From NCBI GenBank assembly GCA_002269645.1, contig NIVC01001335.1, positions 62,001 through 126,000 on the forward strand: a stretch of 64,000 nt of DNA. Reading direction: 5' to 3'. This stretch comes from Macrostomum lignano. Its lineage: Eukaryota. The notes under the pieces were generated by a model, which was not told the DNA's origin, ran no database searches, and saw nothing but the letters and a program-made list of their open reading frames with translations. Positions 28,212-41,800 of this stretch are shown one piece after another; position 1 is the stretch's first letter, and the number at the start of each line of letters is the position of its first letter. The position numbers and the translations under genes were made by a program.

Positions 28212-29223
28212 ATAATCCTAAAGCGCGGTAAAATAGTTTGACTCTTTTCTAAAGCGCGCGTCCGCGGGTTTTTAACATTTATTCCAATAGGGATGGTTGT
28301 CCATAATGAAAATTATTGGCATTGAGTATAAAATTAAAAAATAAAGTGAAAAAAAAACATGTTGACCACTACACAAAATAAACTGTATTTAGTCTTTACT
28401 AATCTTTTAAATAAATATTTGTTAAATACACATAGGAATTTTTACTACCAATTACTAATCACTACTTTTTATTTTATACTATAGATTATAAACCATTATA
28501 AATTGAATTAGGCCCTTATATCAGAGCTAACAATGGCAACAAAGTACTAGCAAATTAAAATTCTATATTTTACTTTTAGTTATTTTATAGAATTTTGAAA
28601 AAAATCAAGAATTCTTTAACAAGGCCAAGCATAAAAATGATGAAAAAATATAAAAATAATAATTATAAGCAAGTCTAAGTATACAGTATAAGACCAAGAT
28701 AGCCATACACCAAGATAGCCACATTGAATCTCTATTCTATCTACTCTCTTCTATCATTACTTAGCAACATAATAGCTATTAAGATTAGTATAGTTGGATT
28801 ATATTAATTATTATTTAATCAATCATATTGATAAATACTAATATAATAATATATTTGAAACTAATTACTATAATACAAAAACTTATCTTTATCAGTGTTT
28901 ATGCCAATTTATTCTAGTCATTATATTTATAAATCTATCACTATCAGTTTATCAAGAAACCATTACTAGTAGTAATACTATGCAAAAATTAAGGATAAAT
29001 ATGCAAAAAAGTATTTATTTTGTGCTAGGTTACTTGCTTTATGTAGGCCTAGTGGATAAATATCTATAGGCCCAGGCCCCTAGGTCAGGCTACAATAAAA
29101 GCTAAAGCCAAAGCCAAAAAAGAATGATTATAATGTAATATAATTCAATTATTTATAGCACCTTTTTTCCTAAGGCCTAATTACTACCAATTAGAAATGA
29201 GTGAAATATATAAACCTAAGCTT

Positions 29224-29991
29224 ATTATATCTTTTTGTGATCTAGTTTGCCAAAACTGCAATCAATTTTGCCCACAGAAAAATATCACTTATAATTTTGC
29301 TATCTATGTCAAGTTTGCTTAGTCATGACCAGAGTTTTAGCCATAGATAACTCTGTGAAAACTGCAATCAATTTTGCCTAAACTGCAACCTAGTTTGCCC
29401 ATAGCAAAGAAAACACCACAGACATACATAGCAAAATCAAAGAATAGCCCAATGTGGACCTTATAACAGGATTTCAATGAAAGACTAGTAGCGATTGATT
29501 TAAGCATATTAGGATAAAGAGGACTGGCAAGATTTTGGTAGGCTATTACTAGTATTAGGCATCTCATTCTCACAAAAAACTATGACTTACATAGTTGGCC
29601 AATTCAATCTAACCAGTCATATAGAGCCTTTGCATTGCAGAGGTACCAAGCAGAGGTCCCTTAACAATGTTATGATTGAGAGAATGAGAGCATTTGTGCC
29701 TATGTTTACCATTATAAACTCACTTACTCACTGTTTATTGTTCACTGTTACAGTTTATTTTGTCATATTTTTGAACTGATTTTTAATAAAAATTCTTTTT
29801 GCTTGCTATGGGCAAACTGTTGCAGTTTTGGCAAAATTGATTGCAGTTTTTAGAGTTGTCTCTGGCTGAAACTCTGGTGGTTAGCCTATGATTGAGCGGA
29901 CTTGGCCTAGACAGCAAAATTATAAGTGATATTTTTTATGGGCAAAATTGATTGCAATTTTGGCAAACTAGATTGCAAAAAGGTATATTAT
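29224..29991. mobile_element. Non-autonomous element with ~190-bp terminal inverted repeats
   Basis: About 29224-29415 aligns by eye to the reverse complement of about 29790-29991 (e.g. CTAGTTTGCCAAAA[C/T]TGCAATCAATTTTGCCCA, AATATCACTTATAATTTTGC). No TSD or transposase seen. Confidence 0.8.
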
Positions 29992-32900
29992 CTATTTAGA
30001 CATTTAGAACTGTGGCCATCTTGGTCATGCACCAAGTATATAATATAGGCCTAAATGATTCATAAAGGTATCATAATGTTAAAATTAACTACTTCTATCT
30101 TAGAGTAGACTTAGAGAACTCGCTTATTTTATAAGGTTTATTTATCATAAACAAATAAAATAGAAGTATTTTAAATTAAAAATTACTCTAGGCCTAGGCT
30201 AGGCCTAATAAAGGTATTAAATTTTCATTCATTGTGCATATTGCCTTTTGGCTTTACAAAGGGCTTTTCATATTGTCGATACTGATTCCATAACCAGACT
30301 AGAAATCCCAAAGTATTTCAATTGTTATCAAAATACAAGTAGAATTGTAGAATAGAGCCTAGAGGCTGATACTGATAACACGATTTAGGCCTAGTGCGTT
30401 TTTAATAAATCTGGCTCAATAATTACTTCGTGAAAATACCCAGTCTAAGTCACAAAGGCGGTATGCACGTTTAGGATCGTACGATCGTAAATACATGCCA
30501 ACATACGGATACGGTAACATACATCCTATTTTACGGGCATTTCGTTGATCAGAGAGAGCAAATGATCACTGCATGCCAGGTCGGCTGGCCGTTCAGCAAT
30601 ATTTAAAAAAAGTTCAACACATTGTAAAAAGCAATTGTATTCAGTGTATTTATGAAAAATAAAAACGAAAAGCTATGTGTTTTACTAGTATTGTTACGAC
30701 CCGATGCATTTGAACAAAAATTTGTTTAAGTATATGCACTGTGTCACTCCGGACTGCATAGTGATCTGCTGGATGATGGCCAAAACTGATTCGCTAATAA
30801 CATGACAACATCTTTCGTCCTTGACAGGCTCAACGTCTAAGAAACAAGATTTTTAAAGAATAACTCTTGATGTCCAGCTCGTATCCGAGTGATAACGATC
30901 AATTATTTGCAACACGTCTTCATTTACATGTAAAATGTACATATATACATACATGTAAGTGTAACATTCGACAATTCCCACTTGACAAAGGCATGAAGAT
31001 TTAAATGTTAAATGTGCAATAAACAGTTTTTATTTTACTCCGTGGATCACCCTGCAGCTAAGTCGAGTTTAGATTTCACTATTCATGGTCTGATCATGCT
31101 TTGGAGTGCAACGTACAGAATGAAATTTATTGCCAAATATGTCCCTTTCAGACCTACATATGCTTCAACATCTAATAGAAATTGTAGGGTTGTATACGCC
31201 AATTGCGATGCATTTGAAGGTGCAGAGCGATGCCCCCGCTTTCTCTCCAGAAATTCCCTCCCCCTTATGCAAAATACGTCGCGGAAACGTCGCCAGTCCG
31301 TCACTCCGCGACAGTCGTGCAACAATTTCATTTAGTTAAATAGCTTTATGCAAGACGTTACTATAAGTAGGAAGTAACGAAAGTTATTGCCGAAATGTTT
31401 TTGTGACCTATGTAAACGTTCTTGTGACGTGTTAGCAACGTAAAAAAATTGCTGTGACAGAAGTCGACTTAATGTAACGTTTCTGCGACGCAACGTTGCA
31501 CACTGGGCTCTCATGTCGATCCCCTCTCCCACACCTTGGCCTGCGCTGTTCTCCGCACTCTCTCTCCGCTCACCCTCTCTCACACCCTCTCTCCCGCTTA
31601 TCCTCTTCCGCACCCTCTCTCCCTGCTTACCCTCTCTCACAGCTTCTCCCCGCACATTAAAATAATAAGAACGTTTTTCAATTGCTGCCCTACTTGCAAG
31701 TAGGTTCAATCGCGCATTTGATTTTAGTCTATAATATACTACACGTAAAAATGAAATCGTTTTGTGTCTGTCTGTACGAATTGAATTAGAGAAATATTCA
31801 TTTAGTAAAGTAATGTGTCGTATTCTTTCTGGAATTCTGTGTCACCATTTATAGAGAGATTAGCGATAAAAAGATATTTGAGCAGCAGACTAACGACTCC
31901 AAATGATCAGTAGCATATAAAGTTAAGAGGATCGAATGACCCCAGATGACCAGAATCTTGAGGAGACGAAAAGCCTTAAATGACCAGAATCATAATAGAA
32001 GAAACAACGCAAATGACCAGAATCAAACTGAAAAAATGACCCAGATGACCAGATCGAGTCATATGGGAATGAGCCCAAATGACCAGTCATAAAAAGATGA
32101 ACCAGTCCAGATGACCAGAGTCAGGTTCTTAAAATCGCCTGAAATCCAAGCCAACTTACTTCCAAAAGTGAGGTCTTCAACATACGCAGTAGCCAGTCTG
32201 TCCACTTTTGTGGCTCCTGCGTTAGTCGCCCTAATTAATTATTAATGAGGAAGAACCACCCCTTGAAAAACTGCATCGTATCTCCCCTAAATCTCAAGGG
32301 TACCTGTAAATAATTAACATTAGCCAAGTCCAACTCATCTGCTTGAGAAAGCGGAGTCCAACTCATGGAGATCTCCGCATTGAACATAGTATAAAGAGTT
32401 GAAACTCTTGGAAGTTATGGAAGTTAAAGAACACGGAGAGGAGTTGTCACTCCGGACTCAAGTTTTTGAGCTCCCCGTCTAGTTTAGCTGACTTTGCCGC
32501 CTCAAAATTGAGCTGGGAAAGCACAGAGCACGCAAAGGGGATGCCACAGGGGAATTGTGGAGAGACACGGCAGCAAACAAGGCCCAGCTTCACTACCGTA
32601 TGGGAGGCGCCTCATCTGGCAGAGCGGAGTCTGCGCGGTTTAAATGCGCGGAATTCCGGTCGGTCACGCGAGTTCAGAATTCAGTCAATCAAAAAGCCAG
32701 CATCTGCATCCCGGACACTGCAGTGCAGCCCAGCCGTGGCAAAATGCACTGGACGAGTGCTGGCATTCTATTGCGTAACAGGGAAGAAAAAATCGTTTTA
32801 CAAAAAAGGAATCTTGCAATGATGAAAATGAGAATGGTACTCGTATGCCAGCGCTCTCTGCTCACTCATGCAACTCAGCACTCAGTTGAGCTTTATCACA

Positions 32901-33344
32901 CTCAATTAGGTTCCCCAGTCTACTTCATTTGAGCAGGTCTCAAGACCTCAAGGACCTCGGGACTTACCTACCTTGCTCCTAAATAGCCAATTTTCACCTC
33001 CTGTCGATTGGTGAACAACTTTCCAGCCTCCTCCTCAGCCTCATCATTGACATCATCAAAGCTTTCGTCCGCAATATTCTTCTTTATCTCTGCTTTCACT
33101 TTGCCTCAGCGAAATCTTCGACCCGGCCGAGCCGCTAATTGCCCCCCTCCCTTCTCGGCGTCTCGGAGGGCGGGAAGCGCAGGTGAAAAAGAGCTCGCGC
33201 GCCCGGCTGGAAACAAAATTGTTACGTAACAGATGGGAAAGAGGAAGCTCGGGGTTTTGAAATTGTGAGGCGAGAAATTCACACCAACCAAGAGACGATA
33301 GGGAGACTTGTTGGCTAGATTAGCAATCCATTCCATAGCTGGCG

Positions 33345-34075
33345 TGCGTGGGAAGCAGAGCGGCTGGGGGTTGTCTTGGGATTCACTACCATGACGGCCA
33401 GCCCCCAGGGCACAGAGAGTGTACATGTCTTGGGACTCACCACCATGACGGCCAGCCCCCAGGGCACAGAGAGTGTACATGTCTTGGGACTCACTACCAT
33501 GACGGCCAGCCCCCAGGGCACAGAGAATGTACATGTCTTGGGACTCACCACCATGACGGCCAGCCCCCAGGGCACACAGAGTGTACATGTCTTGGGACTC
33601 ACTACCATGACGGCCAGCCCCCAGGGCACAGAGAATGTACATGTCTTGGGACTCACTACCATGACGGCCAGCCCCCAGGGCACACAGAGTGTACATGTCT
33701 TGGGACTCACTACCATGACGGCCAGCCCCCAGGGCACACAGAGTGTACATGTCTTGGGATTCACTACCATGACGGCCAGCCCCCAGGGCACACAGAGTGT
33801 ACATGTCTTGGGACTCACTACCATGACGGCCAGCCCCCAGGGCACAGAGAGTGTACATGTCTTGGGACTCACCACCATGACGGCCAGCCCCCAGGGCACA
33901 CAGAGTGTACATGTCTTGGGACTCACCACCATGACGGCCAGCCCCCAGGGCACAGAGAATGTACATGTCTGACGATTAGAAAGTCAAGGGCGGCTGTACA
34001 CTCTGAGTGAGCTGTGTTTATGAGTGCGTGCCTGCGTACATTGTTGGTGCCCAGTATTCCATGTGCTTAGGAGTC
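33345..34075 (+). mobile_element. SINE-family copy without a visible tRNA head, containing an expanded internal 54-bp segment
   Basis: CTGACGATTAGAAAGTC at 33969-33985; the downstream ~90 bp resembles the reverse complement of 17050-17140; the 54-bp unit aligns to the SINE body at 12290-12345. Confidence 0.65.
33373..33970. repeat. 54-bp minisatellite, 11 copies
   Basis: Unit GTCTTGGGACTCACTACCATGACGGCCAGCCCCCAGGGCACAGAGAGTGTACAT. Confidence 0.97.
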
Positions 34076-34600
34076 TTCTCAGGTCTTCTATAATCTGTAG
34101 TCATAGCATCCATGATTGGATGGATTAGCAATCCTTTCTAAGAATGCCCGCAATTGAAAATTCTCCTTGACCGCGCCAGCCTCATCATCATATCCGAACT
34201 GTCAGCAAACTGAGCCCTGGGGTCTCTGCAATCGTCTCTTCCCAAATCCCCATTATGAGTTGGGGATTGGGGTGGGGTGGGGGGCAGTTGCTGAGTCACA
34301 AAGGCAGTCATTCCGCTCTGCGTAGCTCGGCGGTCACCGCTCCCCCCCAGGAGCGGTCAGAATGCAAATCCCATGCAGGCCTCATCGAAGCAGCTCGACC
34401 GAAACTTTCTTTTAGAAGCAGCCGAGCCGAGCAGCGGCGGCTTACAATTTGAAGTGTGGAGGATTTGAGCTGCCCCGGCTGCGGCCGGCAGTGACTCAGC
34501 CGCTCCAGGTGGGAATTGCGCAAATGGGGGAGCGTCTTGCTTTGGAGATGAAATTGAAAGACAACAAACTGGAGGTTAAGGATTTCAATTGGTGTGGATG

Positions 34601-34914
34601 GCTAATCTATCCAATCAGTGATGTTATGGATATAGAATGGATTGCTAATCTATGCAATCAGTGATGTTATGGATACAGAATGCATTGCTAATCTATCCTA
34701 TCAGTGATGTTATGGATATAGAATGGATTGCTAATCTATGCAATCAGTGATGTTATGGATACAGAATGCATTGCTAATCTATCCTATCAGTGATGTTATG
34801 GATATAGAATGGATTGCTAATCTATCCAATCAGTGATGTTATGGATACAGAATGGATTGCTAATCTATCCAATCGTTGATGCTATGGATATAGAATGGAT
34901 TGCTAGTCTATCCA
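34601..34914. repeat. 43-bp minisatellite (GCTAATCTATCCAATCAGTGATGTTATGGATATAGAATGGATT), about 7 copies
   Basis: Visible; the same unit occurs at 52574-53020. Confidence 0.95.
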
Positions 34915-35799
34915 AGCCACGCAGAGTGATGCAGTGAGGCAGTGAGTAGCGAATCACTCTGCAGTGCCACGCCCCAGAAGAAGTCAAGGATGAAATCCTA
35001 CGCACAGAATTTTCGGGAGGGATTTGTGGAATCGTGCCGCCCCCCCCCCCAGAGCATGTCAGGTGGGCTCCCAGCCCGACCCGGCGAGACGTCGCAGCAG
35101 CTGTCCGGCTGATCCGGTATCCGGGGGCCGCTGGCTCCAGCCTCCCAGTCGCTGTCACCGACCAACGCCAAGACGCGTCACATTCGGTGCCTCCGTGCTG
35201 CCCAGTTGATTGATTTTCCCATCTCCTCAACTCCAAATCCGCGAGGTTGTTGCGTCATCGCTCGCTCGCGCGTCCCGTCAGTCAGGAGCTCCCAGAGCGG
35301 GTCGTGATCCCCATAGTTTGCTGTGGAGGACGGGACAAAAAATCCTCAGGATGAAGATCCACCGCCTAACACCCCAATTCTGGTTCTGTGAGCATCGTGC
35401 AGTGGCTGAGTTGTGTGTCCTGAGCTCGCCATTATGAGACTGAGCAGTGCAGTCTTAATAATTCATTAGCATACGGCCGCTGCATCAATGCGATCCGCGA
35501 TATGCCAGCCGCTTACGTAACGAGCCTTTTTAGGGCATTCCATAATTCAGATAGGGAGGCCGGGTGAGAGGGTTATGGAGTAATTTCTGTCACGGTAGCG
35601 GTTTTATGAGTCTTAGGGAGGCGGGGAGGATTTGTGGCGGCAGATGAGCGCTGATGGTTTTACAGCGTAATCAGGTTTTCAAGGCATTGGAGAGGCCTGA
35701 TGGTCTGCAGCTCCGTGCTGCTTTGTGGACTCACAAGATTTGCGAGATTCGCGAGATTCGAAGACTGAGATTTCAGGAGATTCTAGGGACTCCTAGTGT

Positions 35800-36366
35800 G
35801 ATTCAGGATGATTTAACTGACTTAACAGGTGTATCTGACGATTCACACAACATAGCTAGATGATTCAGGACACAGTCCAGATTATTATTCAGGAGAGCCC
35901 ACATGATTCAGGAGCCAATCCAGATGATTCAGGAGACAATTCAGATGATTCAGGAGACAATTCAGATGATTATTCATGAGACAACCCAGATGATTCAGAG
36001 AAAATTCATGGGATTCAGGATGAATTTCAGATGATTCAGGATGAATTTCAGATGATTCAGCATCGAATTTTAGATGATTCAGGATGAATTTCAGATAATT
36101 CAGGATGAATTTCAGATGATTCAGGATGAATTTCAGATGATTCAGGATGAATTTCAGATGATTCAGGATGAATTTCAGATAATTCAGGATGAATTTCAGA
36201 TGATTCAGGATGAATTTCAGATAATTCAGGATGAATTTCAGATGATTCAGGATGAATTTCAGATGATTCAGGATGAATTTCAGATGATTCAGGATGAATT
36301 TCAGATAATTCAGGATGAATTTCAGATGATTCAGGATGAATTTCAGATGATTCAGGATGAATTTCA
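35800..36366. repeat. 21-bp minisatellite (GATGAATTTCAGATGATTCAG)
   Basis: Homogeneous at 36010-36366, degenerate to the left. Confidence 0.95.
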
Positions 36367-36814
36367 GACGATATATTTGCCAAGCAAGTGGGATCGCAGC
36401 TGGGAACCCGAAAAGGCAATAAAACCTGGAAAAGACCCCTTTAATCCCAGACACGGGTCTCCCATTCCGATCGGCCGCGCAGTTCTTGGCCATACTTGAT
36501 TGCTCTGCTTCTCAGAAGAAGATCTCTCTGACAAAGCGGAGACAAAACACAGACTGCGGATGCTGACTTCTCCTTCATCATCATTCTTGCAGCTACAAGA
36601 AGCCGCTCTGTGTGTTTAGTGCTGCGCCGAAGCAGATAAGACAAATGGAATTGGCTGGTCGCTAAAGCGGAGAATTCCATAAATATTGCCTCGGCGGAGC
36701 CCGCGGGAAAAAATGGGATGCAGATAATTTGGGGAAAAAATTAGGGAGCAGGTAGAGAGAGGGGCTGGCTGAGCATTTTGATAATTGGTATCAAGATGGG
36801 ATGGGCGGGAGAGG

Positions 36815-37080
36815 GAGGCAGGGTGAGAGGGAGGCAGGGTGAGATGGAGACAGGGTGAGAGGAAGGCAGGGTGATATGGAGACAGGGTGAGAGGGAGGCA
36901 GGGTGAGAGGGAGACAGGGTGAGAGGGAGACAGGGTGAGATGGAGACAGGGTGATATGGAGACAGGGTGATATGGAGACAGGGTGAGAGGGAGACAGGGT
37001 GAGATGGAGACAGGGTGAGAGGGAGACAGGGTGAGATGGAGACAGGATGATATGGAGACAGGGTGAGAGAGAGACAGGAT
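36815..37080. repeat. 16-bp array (GAGACAGGGTGAGAGG)
   Basis: Reverse complement of the unit at 42285-43045. Confidence 0.93.
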
Positions 37081-37519
37081 GAGAGGGGGTCTGAAAGGGA
37101 TGGCTTTCCCTTAATCAAGATTTCCAATTTCGCTCCTCTTCCAAGCCAATCTAAAAATAGCCAATGTGGCACTGGATTCGGAACTCGAACTTTTTATCCA
37201 AATGTTTTTGCCCACAAGTGGACATTTGATTCGCGCAGTCAGTCAGCCCTGTTGGGGCGGGAGAGGCGGGAAGCGCACCAGAAGCAGAGATGGAAACAAA
37301 TTCAGGGATGTTTTGTCAATTCGAATTACCATCATTTATGACGGGAGGGGGCGGCGGTCCTGATGCCGATCTTGCCAGGCAGATGCCGTGTTTTGGTTTG
37401 GCACGGTTGGGCGGTTGGCACTGCCGCCAGGAAGCTGGCTGGTGAGGGAAAGTGCGGGAGAGAATGGTGGGATATTGAAATCCTGCACTGCACCTTCGAA
37501 AGCAATGGTAGTATTTATG

Positions 37520-39545
37520 CATTCACTCATTCACTCATTCAATCATTCAATCACTCATTCAATCATTCAATCATTCAATCACTCATTCACTCACTCATTC
37601 AATCACTCATTCACTCAATCACTCAGTCACTCATTTAATCATTCAATCACTCATTCATTCAATCACTCAGTCACTCATTCAATCATTCAATCAGCCATTC
37701 ACTCAATCACTCATTCACTCATTCAATCATTCAATCACTCATTCACTCATTCACTCATTCAATCATTCAATCACTCATTCACTCATTCACTCATTCACTC
37801 ATTAAACCATTCAATCTCTCATTCACTCATTCACTCATTCACTCATTCACTCATTAGACCATTCAATCTCTCATTCACTCATTCATTCACTCATTCACTC
37901 ATTCAATCATTCAATCACTCATTCAATCATTCAATCATTCAATCACTCATTCACTCATTCAATCACTCAATCACTCAATCACTCAGTCACTCATTCAATC
38001 ATTCAATCACTCATTCACTCATTCACTCATTCACTCATTCACTCATTAAACCATTCAATCTCTCATTCACTCATTCACTCATTCACTCATTCACTCATTC
38101 ACTCATTCACTCATTCACTCATTCACTCATTAAACCATTCAATCTCTCATTCACTCATTCATTCACTCATTCACTCATTCAATCATTCAATCACTCATTC
38201 AATCATTCAATCATTCAATCACTCATTCACTCATTCAATCACTCAATCACTCAATCACTCAGTCACTCATTCAATCATTCAATCACTCATTCACTCAATC
38301 ACTCAGTCACTCATTCAATCATTTAATCATTCAATCACTCATTCAATCATTCAATCATTCAATCACTCATTCACTCATTCAATCACTCATTCACTCAATC
38401 ACTCAGTCACTCATTCAATCATTCATTCACCCATTCACTCATTCAATCATTCAATCACTCATTCACTCATTCACTCATTCACTCATTCACTCATTCACTC
38501 ATTCAATCATTCAATCATTCATTCACTCATTCACTCATTCACTCATTCACTCATTCACTCATTCACTCATTCACTCATTTAACCATTCAATCTCTCATTC
38601 ACTCATTCATTCACTCATTCACTCATTCAATCATTCAATCACTCATTCAATCATTCAATCATTCAGTCACTCATTCACTCATTCAATCACTCATTCACTC
38701 AATCACTCAGTCACTCATTCAATCATTCAATCACTCATTCACTCAATCACTCAGTCACTCATTCAATCATTCAGTCACTCATTCACTCATTCAATCACTC
38801 ATTCACTCAATCACTCAGTCACTCATTCAATCATTCAATCACTCATTCACTCAATCACTCAGTCACTCATTCAATCATTCAATCACTCATTCATTCATTC
38901 ACTCATTCACTCATTCAATCATTCACTCATTAAACCATTCAATCTCTCATTCACTCATTCATTCACTCAATCACTCATTCATTCATTCAATCATTCAATC
39001 ACTCATTCAATCATTCAATCATTCATTCACTCATTCACTCATTCAATCATTCAATCACTCATTCACTCATTCAATCATTCAATCACTCATTCACTCAATC
39101 ATTCATTCAATCATTCAATCATTCATTCACTCATTCACTCATTCAATCATTCAATCACTCATTCACTCATTAAACCATTCAATCACTCATTCACTCAATC
39201 ACTAATTCACTCATTCAATCATTCATTCATTCATTCACTCATTCAATCATTCAATCACTCATTCAATCATTCAATCATTCAATCACTCATTCACTCATTC
39301 AATCACTCATTCACTCAATCACTCAATCACTCATTCACTCATTTAATCATTCAATCACTCATTCACTCAATCACTCAGTCACTCATTTAATCATTCAATC
39401 ACTCATTCACTCAATCACTCAGTCACTCATTCAATCATTTAATCACTCAATCACTCATTCAATCATTCAATCATTCAATCACTCATTCATTCAATCACTC
39501 CTCAAATCACTCATTCATTCACATGTTAATTCACTCACTCACTCA
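37520..39545. repeat. Complex (ATTC/ACTC/AATC)n array
   Basis: About 2 kb mosaic of 4-mers with recurring higher-order blocks. Confidence 0.96.
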
Positions 39546-39984
39546 CCACTCACTCGCAGGCCGGAGCTGCACTGAGCGGAGAAAATGCGGTGAGAATATT
39601 TTTTACAGGTCAGACATTGCGCACCGCAAGCACCGCCATAACAATATTATTCTTGTTCTCACTTTCAACTTTGCCACTTATCCGGAGTTGAAGTTGCCTG
39701 AGAATTCCCTGCAGTCGGGCGGGCCGGGCGGGCAGAAGAAGAAGAGGCACTTGAGGCGCCACTCGCTCAGCGCTCGAGTGCAGCGGCGGGCGCCCCACTC
39801 TGCAACTCCCTGCTGCAACAACTTGGGCTGGGGTTCTCGGAGGCTGCCTCGGAGAGCAACTCAATTCAGGCGATTCTCTGGCTGGGGCGAGGGGTTCGCA
39901 GCTGCGGCGGCTCGGGTCTTTGTTCTGTCTCGATTATTGTCAATTCAATTATTAATAATAATGCGCTCGAACTTCAATTTGACA

Positions 39985-40110
39985 TTTCTGACCGCTTTTA
40001 GGGGAAGACTAGCGCGGCAAATGCTGCTTGCTATTGTGCGACAGTCCTGAGTAGTCACGTGCTGTTGTAATTAAACTTGGGTTGTAATATTTATGATCTT
40101 TCAACCACAT
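39985..40110 (+). mobile_element. Dispersed ~125-bp repeat preceding a (TATC)n tract (copy 1)
   Basis: AATGCTGCTTGCTATTGTGCGACAGTCCTGAGTAGTCACGTGCTGTTGTAATTAAA is similar to 58300-58360. Confidence 0.72.
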
Positions 40111-40135
40111 GTTCTAGTTGCATTTTGTTATAACG

Positions 40136-40626
<491 letters not shown>

Positions 40627-41479
40627 TCATCATATCCCATGCTTTTCCCTCTCAAACCCAACATTTGCGCACTGACTCAGCCCAGTTCCAATCATAACTG
40701 TCACCCCTGAGCCTCTCAGAGTCTCCGTGCCAAGCCTGCCAAGCAATCTGGGTCAATTTCTACTCGTAATTTGTAATGAGGCGCAGATTCCGCCCAACCA
40801 GTCCCATCGAACCCTCACACCCTCTCCATTCTCTCACTCAGGCTCAATTTCTACTAATATTACGCAACACCAAGAGTGCCCGCTTGAGTTTTCGGAACCC
40901 TCAGCCAGCAGAGGCCGGAAGCCAGACACGCGCTGAACCCCGCAACCTCCCGGCGGCGCAAATCCGGAAAAAATTAGAAAATAATATTGGGGGGGGGGAA
41001 TATCCGAAGTTAGGGACTTCCCTCCATCCAGTTCAATGGCCTCATCAGTGAAGGATGGACTCGGGGATTCTTCAGCAGCTGGTGCACCAGACTGGCGCTG
41101 ATGGGACTTTTCTGAGCTCAATGCAATTAGCAGATGGGGATCAGGCGGCATCCAGGCCGGTCAGCAGCTGATGTCATTACACGCCTGGCTGGTGGCGGGG
41201 GGCGACCCCTGGCATTTCCTGACCTCATCCGAACTCAAGATGATGAGTTCGCCGCAAGTGGCATCATTTAATCGGGGGGGGGGGGCGGCTGAGTCCACTG
41301 GGGACAACAGAAATAACATGCGCGCCTTTTGGCCTCATCAATGATAATCCCCGTGCACTTCTGCCGAAACATCAGACTGCTGCTTCTGCGGTGCTCATCT
41401 CTTCTTGACATCTCAGACGAGGTCGGAGAATGAAAGCTGAACTGAAATGCCAGTCAGGTTATTAAAAAATGCGTTTCCA

Positions 41480-41800
41480 GGGCTACTTGGGGATGTTGCT
41501 AGGGTTGTTACATACGTTACTAGGTGGATTGCATCTGTTGCTAGGTGATAAAATCCAATTGCTAGGGGAAATTTAGCTGCCTTGGTTGTTTGTTTGGTTG
41601 CCAAGGTAATTCAATTCGTTGCTAGGGTAAGTCAATTCGTTGCTATGATAAGTTAATTAGTTGCTACAGGTTAAATCAATTAGTTGCTAGGGTAAATTCA
41701 ATTAGTTGCTAGGGTAAATTCAATTCGTTGCTAGGGTAAATCAATTCGTTGCTAGGGAAAGTCAGTTCGTTGCTAGGATAACCCACTCGTTGCTAAGGTA
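41480..41800. repeat. Degenerate 21-23-bp array (GTTGCTAGGGTAAATCAATTC)
   Basis: About 14 diverged units. Confidence 0.85.

Noticed and set aside
31935-32125. Repeat-spacer-like pattern of ATGACCAGA motifs
   Set aside because: Repeats are only about 9 nt with irregular spacers, in a eukaryote with no cas genes; not CRISPR, probably transposon subterminal repeats.
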